Shown: piece after piece, positions 1 to 9,396 of the stretch | Layout of the letters: each line of letters begins with the position of its first letter | Numbering within the stretch: the stretch's first letter is position 1 | DNA from: Gemmatimonadales bacterium | GTDB taxonomy: Bacteria > Gemmatimonadota > Gemmatimonadetes > Gemmatimonadales > GWC2-71-9 | Assembly (NCBI GenBank): GCA_965249575.1 | Contig: OZ252244.1 | Span: 2,176,001-2,240,000, forward strand | Direction: 5' to 3' | DNA: 64,000 bases | Program-made: the position numbers and the translations under genes | Notes under the pieces: generated by a model | What the model was told of the DNA's origin: nothing | What the model saw: only the letters and a program-made list of their open reading frames with translations | Databases searched by the model: none

Positions 1-439
1 CGTGGCGGGTTATCCCGTAGTTGATTTCAAGGTCGAATGCTACGACGGGAGCTATCACGACGTTGACAGCAACGAGATGTCCTTCAAGATGGCCGGCGTT
101 CTCGCGTTTCGGAACGTGGCGCCCAAGTGCCGGCCGATTCTGCTCGAGCCGATCCAAGACGTGGAAGTATGGACACCCGAAGCCAATCTTGGTGAGGTGA
201 TGGGAGATCTCTCGTCGCGCCGCGGCCAGATCCTCGGGACCGAGCCGGATGGGCGCCTGACGATGGTCAAGGGCCACGTTCCAGAAGCCGAGATGTACAA
301 GTACGCGACACAGCTACACTCCATCACCCACGGTCACGGTACGTTCCGGGCACAGTTTTCGAGTTACCAGGAGGTGCCGCCTGAGGTGGCGCAGAAGGTC
401 GTGGAGGAGCGGGAGCGGGAGCGGCAGGAAGCGAAATGA
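1..439 (+). CDS. fusA: Elongation factor G family protein, C-terminal domains IV-V (5'-partial)
   Basis: YDGSYHDVDSNEMSFKMAG and LLEPI...GEVMGDLSSRRG motifs. Not followed by tuf, so possibly a second EF-G paralog. Confidence 0.9.
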   Translation, partial: VAGYPVVDFKVECYDGSYHDVDSNEMSFKMAGVLAFRNVAPKCRPILLEPIQDVEVWTPEANLGEVMGDLSSRRGQILGTEPDGRLTMVKGHVPEAEMYKYATQLHSITHGHGTFRAQFSSYQEVPPEVAQKVVEERERERQEAK

Positions 440-440
440 T

Positions 441-478
441 AGGCGGGCGTTGGGGGGGGGAACCCCTACGCCCGCTTC
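441..478. terminator. GC-rich hairpin between convergent fusA-like and kamA-like genes
   Basis: GCGGGCGT..GGGG pairs with CCCC..ACGCCCGC; lies between two convergent stop codons. Confidence 0.5.
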
Positions 479-1635
479 TTCCGGGAAGACTTCTTCAGGC
501 CGTTCTTGGTCCTCGGCACATCGAACTGGGGGAGAAACCCGTACTCTGGCTCATGCACGCCGGCTCCAACGAGGGTCTCCTCGCGGGGCTGTTTCCACAC
601 GTAGCGCTCGCCCCGGTAATTCCGCATGACGACCTCATCGTCGGTGACCTGCTCCACGTACTCTGGCAGCAACGGGATCTTGCCTCCTCCGCCAGGGGCA
701 TCCACCACGAGATGAGGCACGGCCAGACCGCTGGTCCAGCCGCGTAGTCCCCGAACGATCTCGAGAGCGCACTCAATGGTCGTTTTGAAGTGCTCGACCC
801 CCGCTACCTGGTCGCACATGTAGATGTAGTAGGGGCGCACGCGGGCGGCGAGGAGCTTGTTCATCAAGGACTTCATCACCTCGACGTCGTCGTTTACCCC
901 CTTGAGCAGCACTGTCTGGCATCCCAGCGGGACACCGGCATCAGCGAGCATACCGAGCGCCTCGACCGCCTTGGGCGTGAGCTCATCGGGGTGGTTGAAG
1001 TGGGTATTGATGAAGAAGGGGTGGTGCCGCTTGAGGATTTCGCATAGCTGCGGCGTGATGCGCTCGGGCAGGTGGCATGGGACTCGGCTGCCGATACGGA
1101 TGATTTCGATGTGCTTGATTCGCCGCAGTCGGGCAATAATCGCGTCGAGGCGACGGTCGGAGAGGAGCAGTGGGTCTCCGCCGGATAGGATCACGTCCCG
1201 GATCTTCCGGTGCTTCTCGAGGTACCGGAATGCGCTCTCGAATTGGGACATCGGGATCTTCTCCGGGTCTCCCACCTTGCGACGCCGGGTGCAGAACCGG
1301 CAGTACGAGGCACAAACGGGACTGACGAGGAAGAGGGCGCGGTCCGGGTATCGATGCGTGATGTTGGGGACGGGGCTATCGGCGTCTTCATTAAGGCTGT
1401 CAGGCATGCCGTCGATGACATCCAGCTCCTCGAGCTCCGGGACGTACTGACGCCAGATCGGGTCGCCGGGCTCCTTGATCAAATCGACCATCGCCGGAGA
1501 TATCCGGAACTCGAAGTTGTCCACGGCCTGCTGGAGCCGCTCGAGGTCGGGAAACTGGTCGGGTCCAAATCTCTCGACGAGCTGCTCGAGGGATGCGAGG
1601 CTGCGCTCGCGCAGGAGCTTCTGCCATTCAGACAT
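466..1635 (-). CDS. KamA-family radical SAM 2,3-aminomutase (lysine 2,3-aminomutase-like)
   Basis: THRYPDR, CASYCRFC (CxxxCxxC), SGGDPL, NTHFNHPDE, and the PLP-lysine motif DAPGGGGKIP. Confidence 0.93.
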   Translation of the reverse strand: MSEWQKLLRERSLASLEQLVERFGPDQFPDLERLQQAVDNFEFRISPAMVDLIKEPGDPIWRQYVPELEELDVIDGMPDSLNEDADSPVPNITHRYPDRALFLVSPVCASYCRFCTRRRKVGDPEKIPMSQFESAFRYLEKHRKIRDVILSGGDPLLLSDRRLDAIIARLRRIKHIEIIRIGSRVPCHLPERITPQLCEILKRHHPFFINTHFNHPDELTPKAVEALGMLADAGVPLGCQTVLLKGVNDDVEVMKSLMNKLLAARVRPYYIYMCDQVAGVEHFKTTIECALEIVRGLRGWTSGLAVPHLVVDAPGGGGKIPLLPEYVEQVTDDEVVMRNYRGERYVWKQPREETLVGAGVHEPEYGFLPQFDVPRTKNGLKKSSRKKRA

Positions 1636-2152
1636 TGGATTGCGTCGCTTTCTCCGAGGATAGGAGGCGCTTGGTATACACGACTAGGTCGTCGTGTGGC
1701 GCGTAGAATTCCGCGATGCGTGCCTCAGCGCGATATCCCAGCGCCTCGTAGAACGCGCGGGTCGGTCCATAGTCCTCGCGCGATGAGGTTTCGGCCATTA
1801 GGAGCCGTCCCCCCAGTGAAGCGATGTGGTGCTCGCAGGCCTCGATGAGCTGGCGGCCGACCCCGTGTCGCTGCCCCTCAGGGTCGACGGCGATCCAGTA
1901 GAGGTCCCACGTATCCTCCGTGCATGGCGTAGTGCCGTAGAAAGCGAAGCCGACGAGGCGTTCGTCGGGATCGAACGCGCCAAGTGGGTGGTAATCGACC
2001 CCCGGGCCGGCCACCGCGTCGTCGAAGACCTCGAGCGCGACGGCGGTTTCGTCCGGACGAAAGAGACCGGTCGCCTCCACGATCTCGCGAACTCGTTCCC
2101 GGTCGGCCGCGCTTGGGGCCCTCAGCGCAGGGGCTGCCGATGAGACGCTCAT
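1628..2152 (-). CDS. GNAT family N-acetyltransferase
   Basis: LYWIAVDPEGQRHGVGRQL (acetyl-CoA motif A) and FYEALGY. ATG at 2152 overlaps the upstream TGA (ATGA). Confidence 0.9.
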   Translation of the reverse strand: MSVSSAAPALRAPSAADRERVREIVEATGLFRPDETAVALEVFDDAVAGPGVDYHPLGAFDPDERLVGFAFYGTTPCTEDTWDLYWIAVDPEGQRHGVGRQLIEACEHHIASLGGRLLMAETSSREDYGPTRAFYEALGYRAEARIAEFYAPHDDLVVYTKRLLSSEKATQSNV

Positions 2153-3177
2153 GCCGTTGCCAGGTCTCCAGCGATGAAGCCATCCAGAGCGGCGGCGAGC
2201 CGTCCGGGGGTCGGATCCCGAGCCGCGTCTCGGAGCGCGCGGTCGACGATGCGGAGCACGAGGTCGCTGTAGGACCAGCCGCGCACCTCCGCCATACGGG
2301 ACAAGCCTGCGTCGTCCGTGATATCGGGATTGGGGTTGATCTCGATGATCCATGGGTTGCCGGTTTCGTCCACCCGCAGGTCCACCCGGCCATAGCCCCG
2401 GCCATCGACTGCTTGCCACGCCGCCTTGGCGATGGCGATCATGCGGTTCGCGAGACGCCGACCGATGCGAGCGGGGCAGACCGGGCGGCTGCCGACATCC
2501 TCCGGGGAGCCGGCCTTCCACTTGGCGTTGAACGAGAGGATGTCCCACGCTCCGGGGGGCATTCGACTGAAGTCGATCTCGGACACCGGCAGCGGGTCTA
2601 AGCCGACGAACCCCACCGCGAATTCCCGCCCGCGCACGTACTCCTGCACGATCACGGCCCCGAAGCTGTCGCGAAGCTGACCGATCCGGCGCTCGAGTGC
2701 CCGTCGCGTAGTGACGACTGCCTGCTGGTCGATGCCGACGCTGGCGTCTTCAGCTGCGGGCTTCACGATCGCTGGAAAAGGGAAGTCGCGGGCGACCCGG
2801 CTGCTGGCGGGCACTACCCATTTGGGAACCGGGAGTCCAGCCGCTTCCAGGACCGCGTTGACGACAGTTTTGTTGTGGCAGATGGTGATGGTCCAGGCGC
2901 GGCAGCCGGTGTACGGAACGCCCGTCAGCTCGACGGCGGCCGTGACCATGTCTTCGTACTGGCTGACGCCGTTGATCCCTTCGCACAGGTTGAACACGAG
3001 ATCGGTGCGCCGCACGCGGGGCAGCCAGCGGAGATCATGCCGCACGGGGATGCGAGTGACGCCATGTCCCGCGGTGGAGAGGATCTTGGCGATGCGATTC
3101 ACCGGCTGCATGACGGAATGAACGTCCTCGTCACTCCAGCCGTCGGCGCAACCATCGTAGAGGATGCCGACTCTCAG
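2149..3177 (-). CDS. D-Ala-D-Ala ligase-like ATP-grasp protein (second copy), probable CTG start
   Basis: LVFNLCEG, VPYTG, IVKPAAEDASVGI, GYGRVDLR, EINPNP. The frame extends upstream of the ATG at 3111 as (L)RVGILYDG from CTG 3177, which overlaps the upstream stop. Confidence 0.88.
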   Translation of the reverse strand: MRVGILYDGCADGWSDEDVHSVMQPVNRIAKILSTAGHGVTRIPVRHDLRWLPRVRRTDLVFNLCEGINGVSQYEDMVTAAVELTGVPYTGCRAWTITICHNKTVVNAVLEAAGLPVPKWVVPASSRVARDFPFPAIVKPAAEDASVGIDQQAVVTTRRALERRIGQLRDSFGAVIVQEYVRGREFAVGFVGLDPLPVSEIDFSRMPPGAWDILSFNAKWKAGSPEDVGSRPVCPARIGRRLANRMIAIAKAAWQAVDGRGYGRVDLRVDETGNPWIIEINPNPDITDDAGLSRMAEVRGWSYSDLVLRIVDRALRDAARDPTPGRLAAALDGFIAGDLATA

Positions 3178-4265
3178 GAGTCCACCTCGGCAAGGGTGAG
3201 CTGCGGCAGCTCCCGCCCGGCGATCCGGCTCCAGGCGGTCCGCACGACCGATTGGATCAACTCGTCATACGACATCCCGACGGCTGCGGCGGCCCGAGGG
3301 AAGCAGCTGTTATCCGCGGGATTCGGGATGATGCCCGGAAGCGGGTTCACCTCCACCACGTTCGGAGTTCGGCCCGCGTCGAGACGAAGATCGATTCGCG
3401 CCCAGTCGCGGCAGGCGAGCGCCCGGAAGGCGGCGAGGCCGGTCGCTTCGAGCCGCTGAGCGAGTCCCTGGGGAACAGCGGCTGGACACTCCAGGACTTC
3501 GAGCGCGGCGTCAGGGGTGTCCCACACCCACTTTGCCTCGTAGCCCATGATGGGAAGCGGCTGTCCCGGCAGCTCGTCGAACCGGTATCGAATCAATGGG
3601 AAGCACCGCGCCTCCGGGCCGTTGCCGAGAATCGCAACGGTGAACTCTTCGCCCGGAAGGTAGCTCTCGGCGAGGACTGGCTGACGATACCGGTGGAGCA
3701 TTGCGAGCGCCCGACGCTCGGCGACCTTGGGTGACGTGGCGAAGCTGTCCTCATTCACGCCCTTCGACGATCCCTCCCACACCGGCTTCAAGAATACGGG
3801 ATAGAGCGATGGTGACCGGAGGAGTGGTAGATCGGCCTCGGATTCCACCAGGACGAACGGTGCCGTGGGGATCTTGCGGTGCGCCAGCAGCTCCTTCGTT
3901 CTCGCCTTGTGCAGCGCGATGCCAAGCGTCACGGGATCGCTACCCGTGTAGGGCACACCGAGGAACTCCGCGATCGCCGGGACCTGCGCCTCGCGACTGG
4001 CTCCGGTCAGTCCCTCGGCCATGTTGAAGAGGAGATCGACGCCCGCGCCCGCCAGGCGGGAAGGGAAGTCACCAACCGCTTCGAGCAGCACGACGTCACC
4101 GAAGGGGCCGAGTGCTTCCGCCACCGCGGCGATGGTTTCGGGCTCGTCCCACTCCACGTACACATCGGGTGTCGCGGCATCGTCGGGGTGGGCAAGCGCG
4201 CCGTCACTCTTCGATGTGACGACGTCTGGTCGTTGGTTGTAGGCGAGCCCGAGGCGCAATCGCAC
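3174..4265 (-). CDS. D-Ala-D-Ala ligase-like ATP-grasp protein
   Basis: FNMAEG, VPYTGSD, LKPVWEGSSKG, RDWARIDLR, EVNPLPG. Confidence 0.9.
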   Translation of the reverse strand: MRLRLGLAYNQRPDVVTSKSDGALAHPDDAATPDVYVEWDEPETIAAVAEALGPFGDVVLLEAVGDFPSRLAGAGVDLLFNMAEGLTGASREAQVPAIAEFLGVPYTGSDPVTLGIALHKARTKELLAHRKIPTAPFVLVESEADLPLLRSPSLYPVFLKPVWEGSSKGVNEDSFATSPKVAERRALAMLHRYRQPVLAESYLPGEEFTVAILGNGPEARCFPLIRYRFDELPGQPLPIMGYEAKWVWDTPDAALEVLECPAAVPQGLAQRLEATGLAAFRALACRDWARIDLRLDAGRTPNVVEVNPLPGIIPNPADNSCFPRAAAAVGMSYDELIQSVVRTAWSRIAGRELPQLTLAEVDS

Positions 4266-4291
4266 TCCAATTGGAGGCTTTATTGCGCAAC

Positions 4292-4320
4292 ACGATAAAA
4301 AATGCCGTTTAGATATGCAA
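4292..4320 (-). promoter_or_regulatory. sigma70-like promoter for the ATP-grasp/GNAT/KamA operon
   Basis: Minus strand TTGCAT-N17-TATCGT in an AT-rich intergenic patch. Confidence 0.55.
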
Positions 4321-4411
4321 TACTCTTTGTCGGATTTCTTTCGCGCGTAGAAACGGGATGCGGCAGAGGAAAGGCCGCGCCGGACCGCTGAACGGCCGCC
4401 AAACCGTCAAT

Positions 4412-5173
4412 TCACACCTTGTGGTATGCGACGCGGGCAGCTTCTCGACCGTCTTCGGCCTCGTAGACAGTGAAATCCGAGAAGAGAAGGGGAGCTTCCG
4501 TTTGGAGCGTGCGGAGGCACGCGACCGCCATTCGCCGAATCTCGAGCTCGGCCGCTTCGGAGGTGCGGAGTTCCAGCATCGTCCGCCACGCTCGCGTATT
4601 GCCCGATGTCACGATCTTCGTCTCGGTGGCATTCGGCAACACGCTGCGCGCGGCTTCACGCGCCACCTTCCGGCGGTGCATCTTGCTCGTTATCGACTCG
4701 AATTTCGTCATGAGGGCCGTCACGGCGGCCACGTAGGCTCGCTGAGCCTCGGATACCTGGTCGAGCCACTCCGCCTCGAGCCGCACGTCGCCGAGAATCG
4801 CGGGTGGCACCACAAAGGCCGCCTGCGATTCGTCTACGTACCGCTGCGACAGCTGCGAGTACCCAAACCCGGCACGATGCCGTACCAATTCGTGAGTGCA
4901 GGAGCGGGAGATGCCCTCGATGAGCAAAACGTAGACCGAGTGCTCGAGCACCGACCCGTGGCCCTGTTTCTTGATGTTCTCGAGGTATGTGGTAGTCGAA
5001 CGGCTTGCCGGGTTGTGCTGGCTCATGTAGCAGAGCCGGCCGGCAAACTCGGCCAACCGCTCGCCATCGGTGGATTCGCCGATCCATTCGACCGGCAGGT
5101 GGGCGGGCTCCACGAACTGCGGCTTCGCGATGAGCGTGACGGTCGGAGCTCGGATGATTTCCATTGGACCCAT
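4412..5173 (-). CDS. thyX: FAD-dependent thymidylate synthase
   Basis: GHGSVLEH, ISRSCTHELVRHR...SQLSQRY ThyX motif, ARSVLPNAT. Confidence 0.95.
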   Translation of the reverse strand: MGPMEIIRAPTVTLIAKPQFVEPAHLPVEWIGESTDGERLAEFAGRLCYMSQHNPASRSTTTYLENIKKQGHGSVLEHSVYVLLIEGISRSCTHELVRHRAGFGYSQLSQRYVDESQAAFVVPPAILGDVRLEAEWLDQVSEAQRAYVAAVTALMTKFESITSKMHRRKVAREAARSVLPNATETKIVTSGNTRAWRTMLELRTSEAAELEIRRMAVACLRTLQTEAPLLFSDFTVYEAEDGREAARVAYHKV

Positions 5174-5194
5174 GCGTGGCGGGCATTGCCCTCG

Positions 5195-6847
5195 TTAGTG
5201 TGACGAGACCGACCGAGACGCTAGGTTCGTCTTTCGCACTCCCCAACCCCCGGAACGCTCCAGCTCGGCCAGCTGCTCCGCGATCTCATTCGGGATGCGC
5301 TCGGCGCCCGGTCCGACCTTCAGTGATCGGATGGCCGACGTGTCCGCTTCCGGCACGATGACTCCTGGATTCATCACGCCATGAGGATCAAACGCGTGTT
5401 TCACCTGCCCAAAGAGGTCGACCAGTTCAGTCCCATAGAGCCGGTCGAGAATCGCGGCCCGAAGGCGCCCGTCGCCGTGCTCACCGCTCGGCGTTCCGCC
5501 AAGGTCGACTACCAGGTCCGTGACCTCCCGCAAAAGGGTGGTGAGGCGCTCCTCGAGCTGTCCGAGTGATGGATCGACCAGAGCGTTAATGTGGAGGTGG
5601 CCGTCGCCGGCGTGCCCAAACGCGACGATATCGATTCCCAAATGGCCGGCGATTCGCCGAGTGCCTCGAAGGTACTGGTCCAAATGCGAAACGGGAACGC
5701 AGCCGTCCTCGACGATTTGGAGCGAGCGCCGCTTGGGACCGAGCTTGGCGAGAGCGGGACTCGCGGAATGACGAACCGCCCACAGACGCTCCCGGGCCGC
5801 CTCGTCCAAGGCTGTTTCGACGCTTCGGGCACAATCTGCCCCGATGCGCTCCGCCTGCCGGGCTGTTGCCCGAGCGTCTCCATTCGATTCGCGCTCGAAT
5901 TCCACGAGCAGCACGCACTCGGCTCCCACGAATCGGTTGCCCACGTCGGCCGCCGCGAAACGCAGGAGCGTCCGGTCGAGGAGTTCGACCGCCGACGGAT
6001 CGAGTGCCAGCAGGCGCTCGACGACCTCACCCAGCCGATCGAGATCGTCGAGCACGAGCAACAGCGCCGACGTGGCTCCCGGCCGCTCTTGGAGCTCCAA
6101 CTCGACCTGAGTGATGATGCCGAGGGTTCCCTCGGAGCCGATGACGAGGTCCACGGGGTCGCTCGTATGCAGGAATTGCTCAAGCGCGTAACCCGACGTG
6201 TTTTTCGTCGTGCGGGGAAACCGCTCCTCGATCGCCGGGGCATTCCTGAGAATCGCCGGCCTGACGTCCCGATCGAATCGAGCCAGTGCTCTGAGCGGAG
6301 CGGGCGAAGCCACCTCGCCGGTTCCTCGTCGGATCCAGCCGAGCTCACCATCGCTGGTGGCCAGCTCGACGCCGCGCACCCAGCGACGCATACTCCCGTA
6401 GCGCACGCTCCGTGAGCCGGCGGCGTCCGTCGCCGTCATGCCACCGACGGTACAGAACGCCCCGCTCGAGGGGTTGGGGGGTAGCCGGCACCCCTCGCGG
6501 GCCGCAGCACGGTCCAGGTCGGCCCATGTGACGGCGGCCCCAGCGCAACAAACCCGACTACCCTTGTCGATGGAGGGACCAGACTCGAAGCCGCGGAGGT
6601 CGACGATGATGCCGCGACCGACGTTGCCGCCTGGGATGCCGCTTCCAGCGCCGCGCGGGACCAGCGGCGTTCGCGCCTCTACGGCGTGTTCAATCAAGCG
6701 AACGAGGTCTTCGGGGCCGGCCGGGATGGCCACGGCCGCGGGCACGATCCGGTAGGGACCGGCTCCTTCGCTGTAGGCGCTCCTGATCGCGAAATCGGTG
6801 AGGTACCTTCCGCCGAACCCGGGTGGCAACGAAGCTGGCTCCCTCAT
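5195..6847 (-). CDS. FAD-binding oxidoreductase (GlcD/D-lactate dehydrogenase family)
   Basis: PRGAGSG, GSEGTLGII, FGHAGDGHLH, SGEHGDG, FDPHGVMNPG. Confidence 0.9.
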   Translation of the reverse strand: MREPASLPPGFGGRYLTDFAIRSAYSEGAGPYRIVPAAVAIPAGPEDLVRLIEHAVEARTPLVPRGAGSGIPGGNVGRGIIVDLRGFESGPSIDKGSRVCCAGAAVTWADLDRAAAREGCRLPPNPSSGAFCTVGGMTATDAAGSRSVRYGSMRRWVRGVELATSDGELGWIRRGTGEVASPAPLRALARFDRDVRPAILRNAPAIEERFPRTTKNTSGYALEQFLHTSDPVDLVIGSEGTLGIITQVELELQERPGATSALLLVLDDLDRLGEVVERLLALDPSAVELLDRTLLRFAAADVGNRFVGAECVLLVEFERESNGDARATARQAERIGADCARSVETALDEAARERLWAVRHSASPALAKLGPKRRSLQIVEDGCVPVSHLDQYLRGTRRIAGHLGIDIVAFGHAGDGHLHINALVDPSLGQLEERLTTLLREVTDLVVDLGGTPSGEHGDGRLRAAILDRLYGTELVDLFGQVKHAFDPHGVMNPGVIVPEADTSAIRSLKVGPGAERIPNEIAEQLAELERSGGWGVRKTNLASRSVSSH

Positions 6848-6913
6848 GACGCGCGGAAATCTAGCTGGGGACTGGCGAGTCCGTGCATAGCGGGCACCGA
6901 TCGAGTGGCTTGG

Positions 6914-7990
6914 CTACCCTTCCAGATACTTGAAATAAGCTCTCACCAGCGTATTGCTCGGAGCAACAAGCCGGGTCATACCGATCGTACGGTAGACCTC
7001 GCGCCGGGTGATCTTCACCTTGTGCCCCGGAGTCAGGAGGTTCGCATCTCCGGCTGCCAGCCGGAGGGTTCGGACGGCGAAGTACAAAGAAGTGAGGCAG
7101 AAAAGGCGGACGCCGTACCCGAGGCGGGGAAGACCAGTACAGTACTCCAGCGCGTCCGCGAGGTGGTGGCGAGCCTTGGTGATGAGAATGTCCATTGCCT
7201 GCCGCGACTCCCGGTCCCGAGGGCCGTCAGCGAGCTGCTCAGGCTGAATCCCGGCGATCACACAGAGCTGTCGTGGGACGAACACCCACCCCCTCTTTCG
7301 GTCCTCGGAAACGTCTTTGATGATGTTGGTGAGCTGCAACCCCAGCCCAAAACTGGTGGCCAGGCTGTCCAGCCGCGCATAGCGGTCGTCCAGCGCCCGC
7401 CGATCGTGTATTCGGAACAACGCCGTGAGCAAGTGGCCGACCGTTCCGGCCACGTAGTAGCAGTAGCGGTCCAAGTCGGCCAAGCTGGCGAGCGCCGTGA
7501 GGTGCCCGGAATCCCCTTCGCCCCGTCGAACGGCGAACTCGGCCATGCCCTGGCACATCTCCCGGACCCATGGTCTGATGGCGTCCTGATCCCGGGTCTC
7601 GAGTCTACGATACTCTCGCAGAACGCCATCAGCCCTGGCGACGAGGTGCTCCTCATCGCTTCGAGGTTCGGCAAATGCGGAGCGGAGCGGCGCAACCGAC
7701 GCGTCGGCCTCGTTCAGGCAGCGGGCAAAGTGGTCAAGCAGGTGCTGCTTGTCGCGGCCCGACAGGTCAGGCCGGTCCTCGATGGTGTCGGCAATCCGGC
7801 AGAGGAGGTATGCGACGCGGACGCTATGATCGAGCGGGGCCGGGAGCAGGCGGATGCAGACCGCGAAGGTCCGGGAGACCCTGGGGAGCGTTTGGTGGCA
7901 ATACGCCCGGTCGGATTGCGGGTTGGGGTCCGTCGTCCCGATCGATGACCGCGGGGAGTGGGCCACTCGATCCGACCCCACGGTGCTCAT
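6914..7990 (-). CDS. Squalene/phytoene synthase family protein
   Basis: VSRTF, CRIADTIED, YCYYVAGTVG, LQLTNIIKDVSED. Real start is ATG 7990 (MSTVGS), overlapping the upstream stop. Confidence 0.9.
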   Translation of the reverse strand: MSTVGSDRVAHSPRSSIGTTDPNPQSDRAYCHQTLPRVSRTFAVCIRLLPAPLDHSVRVAYLLCRIADTIEDRPDLSGRDKQHLLDHFARCLNEADASVAPLRSAFAEPRSDEEHLVARADGVLREYRRLETRDQDAIRPWVREMCQGMAEFAVRRGEGDSGHLTALASLADLDRYCYYVAGTVGHLLTALFRIHDRRALDDRYARLDSLATSFGLGLQLTNIIKDVSEDRKRGWVFVPRQLCVIAGIQPEQLADGPRDRESRQAMDILITKARHHLADALEYCTGLPRLGYGVRLFCLTSLYFAVRTLRLAAGDANLLTPGHKVKITRREVYRTIGMTRLVAPSNTLVRAYFKYLEG

Positions 7991-8460
7991 GGCTGCGGCT
8001 CGCCGAGGTCGTCGAGAATGGAGCGCGCCAGAAGGTCTCCGGGACTTCCACTCGGCACGATCGTCTCCATCTGTCGTTCCGGGAGGGAGGGATCGAGAGT
8101 CCAGCGGTAAACGGCCTCGATCACTACCTGCGTCTGCTGGTCCGATACTGGATCCGTGAACACTCGCATTCTGATCGTTCGATCGTCCTGGACGTCGGTG
8201 GCGGGTGCCAGGTCCGCGGCATCGAACCACCGTGTTTCGAGGTATCCCTCCTGAGCATTCATGCGGCTGATCACGATCCCCCGATCGATCATGGCTTGCC
8301 GAGCCGCCAAGACCAGCTCCGCGGCGTCGACTCGAAACGTATCCGCTGGGGCGGCGGTACCTGGCCCGAACGAGGGACGGACGGTAGCGGCGGTGCATCC
8401 CGCCACGACGCCGAGCCCGGCGATGACTCCAAGACGCGCCGGAGCTGGCGTTACGACGCA
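7987..8460 (-). CDS. Putative lipoprotein (start codon uncertain)
   Basis: Hydrophobic stretch ending in lipobox-like VVAGC; GYLETRWFD segment; fills the gap in a co-directional operon. No canonical in-frame start near the Shine-Dalgarno site. Confidence 0.6.
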   Translation of the reverse strand, partial: CVVTPAPARLGVIAGLGVVAGCTAATVRPSFGPGTAAPADTFRVDAAELVLAARQAMIDRGIVISRMNAQEGYLETRWFDAADLAPATDVQDDRTIRMRVFTDPVSDQQTQVVIEAVYRWTLDPSLPERQMETIVPSGSPGDLLARSILDDLGEPQP

Positions 8461-8470
8461 CTCCCTGCGA

Positions 8471-9358
8471 TCACAGCCCCAGGTCGCTGATCGTCGGTGG
8501 CTTGGTCGAGTAGTCATAGAACCCCTTACCCGACTTTCTGCCGTACATCCCCGCTAGGACCATTCGTTTCAAGAGTGGCGGGGGCGCGTATTTCGCGTCG
8601 CGGTACTCGTCGAACATGATTTCGGCGATCTTGTAGGTGGTGTCCAGACCGACGAAGTCGAGCAGGGTAAATGGTCCCATTGGGTGGCCCGTGCCGAGCA
8701 CCATTCCCTTGTCGATATCGGGAACGGATCCAACTCCGTGCTCGAGTGCTCGGATTGCATCGAGAATGTAAGGAACGAGGAGTAGGTTCACGATGAACCC
8801 GGACGAATCACGAGCCGCGATCGGCTCCTTCCCCAGCGACTGGGCAAAGGCCATCGTTCGCTCAAAGCTCGCCTGGCTGGTTGTCACGGTTCGAACGACC
8901 TCAACCAGCTTCATGATGGGAACGGGGTTGAAGAAGTGAAGACCCACGAAACGATCCCCGCGGGTGGTAGCGGCAGCCATCGCGGCGATCGTGAGGCTGG
9001 ACGTGTTCGAGGCGAAGATTGTCTGGTCACCACAAAGGCCATCGAGCTCCTTGAAGAGCGCGTTCTTGACGTCCAGATCCTCGGTCACTGCTTCGACAAT
9101 GATGTCGCAGGCTTTCAGGTCCGCCACGTCGGTCGTAAACGATAGGTTGCCCAAGGTCGCATCCCGCTGCTCTGCTGACAGCTTCCCCTTCTCGACCGCC
9201 TTTCCCAGCGCTCCGGAGACGCCGTTCTTTCCGCGCTCGTTGAGGGCGTCCGAGACCTCGCGGACGATGGTTGGGTGCCCGCTCCGCGCTGAGACTTGGG
9301 CGATCCCGCTTCCCATGAGTCCGCACCCGAGCACGCCGACGGTTTTGATTTCGGTCAT
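8471..9358 (-). CDS. hbd: 3-hydroxybutyryl-CoA/3-hydroxyacyl-CoA dehydrogenase
   Basis: GCGLMGSGIAQ, ASNTSS, GLHFFNPV, GHPMGPFTLLDFVGLD. Confidence 0.93.
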   Translation of the reverse strand: MTEIKTVGVLGCGLMGSGIAQVSARSGHPTIVREVSDALNERGKNGVSGALGKAVEKGKLSAEQRDATLGNLSFTTDVADLKACDIIVEAVTEDLDVKNALFKELDGLCGDQTIFASNTSSLTIAAMAAATTRGDRFVGLHFFNPVPIMKLVEVVRTVTTSQASFERTMAFAQSLGKEPIAARDSSGFIVNLLLVPYILDAIRALEHGVGSVPDIDKGMVLGTGHPMGPFTLLDFVGLDTTYKIAEIMFDEYRDAKYAPPPLLKRMVLAGMYGRKSGKGFYDYSTKPPTISDLGL

Positions 9359-9396
9359 GGTGATGTTTGTTGAGGGTGGTGTTTAGAACGCCGTGC

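Noticed and set aside
6914..8461. 515-aa version of the squalene synthase
   Set aside because: The N-terminal extension overlaps the lipoprotein gene in another frame; the real start is 7990.
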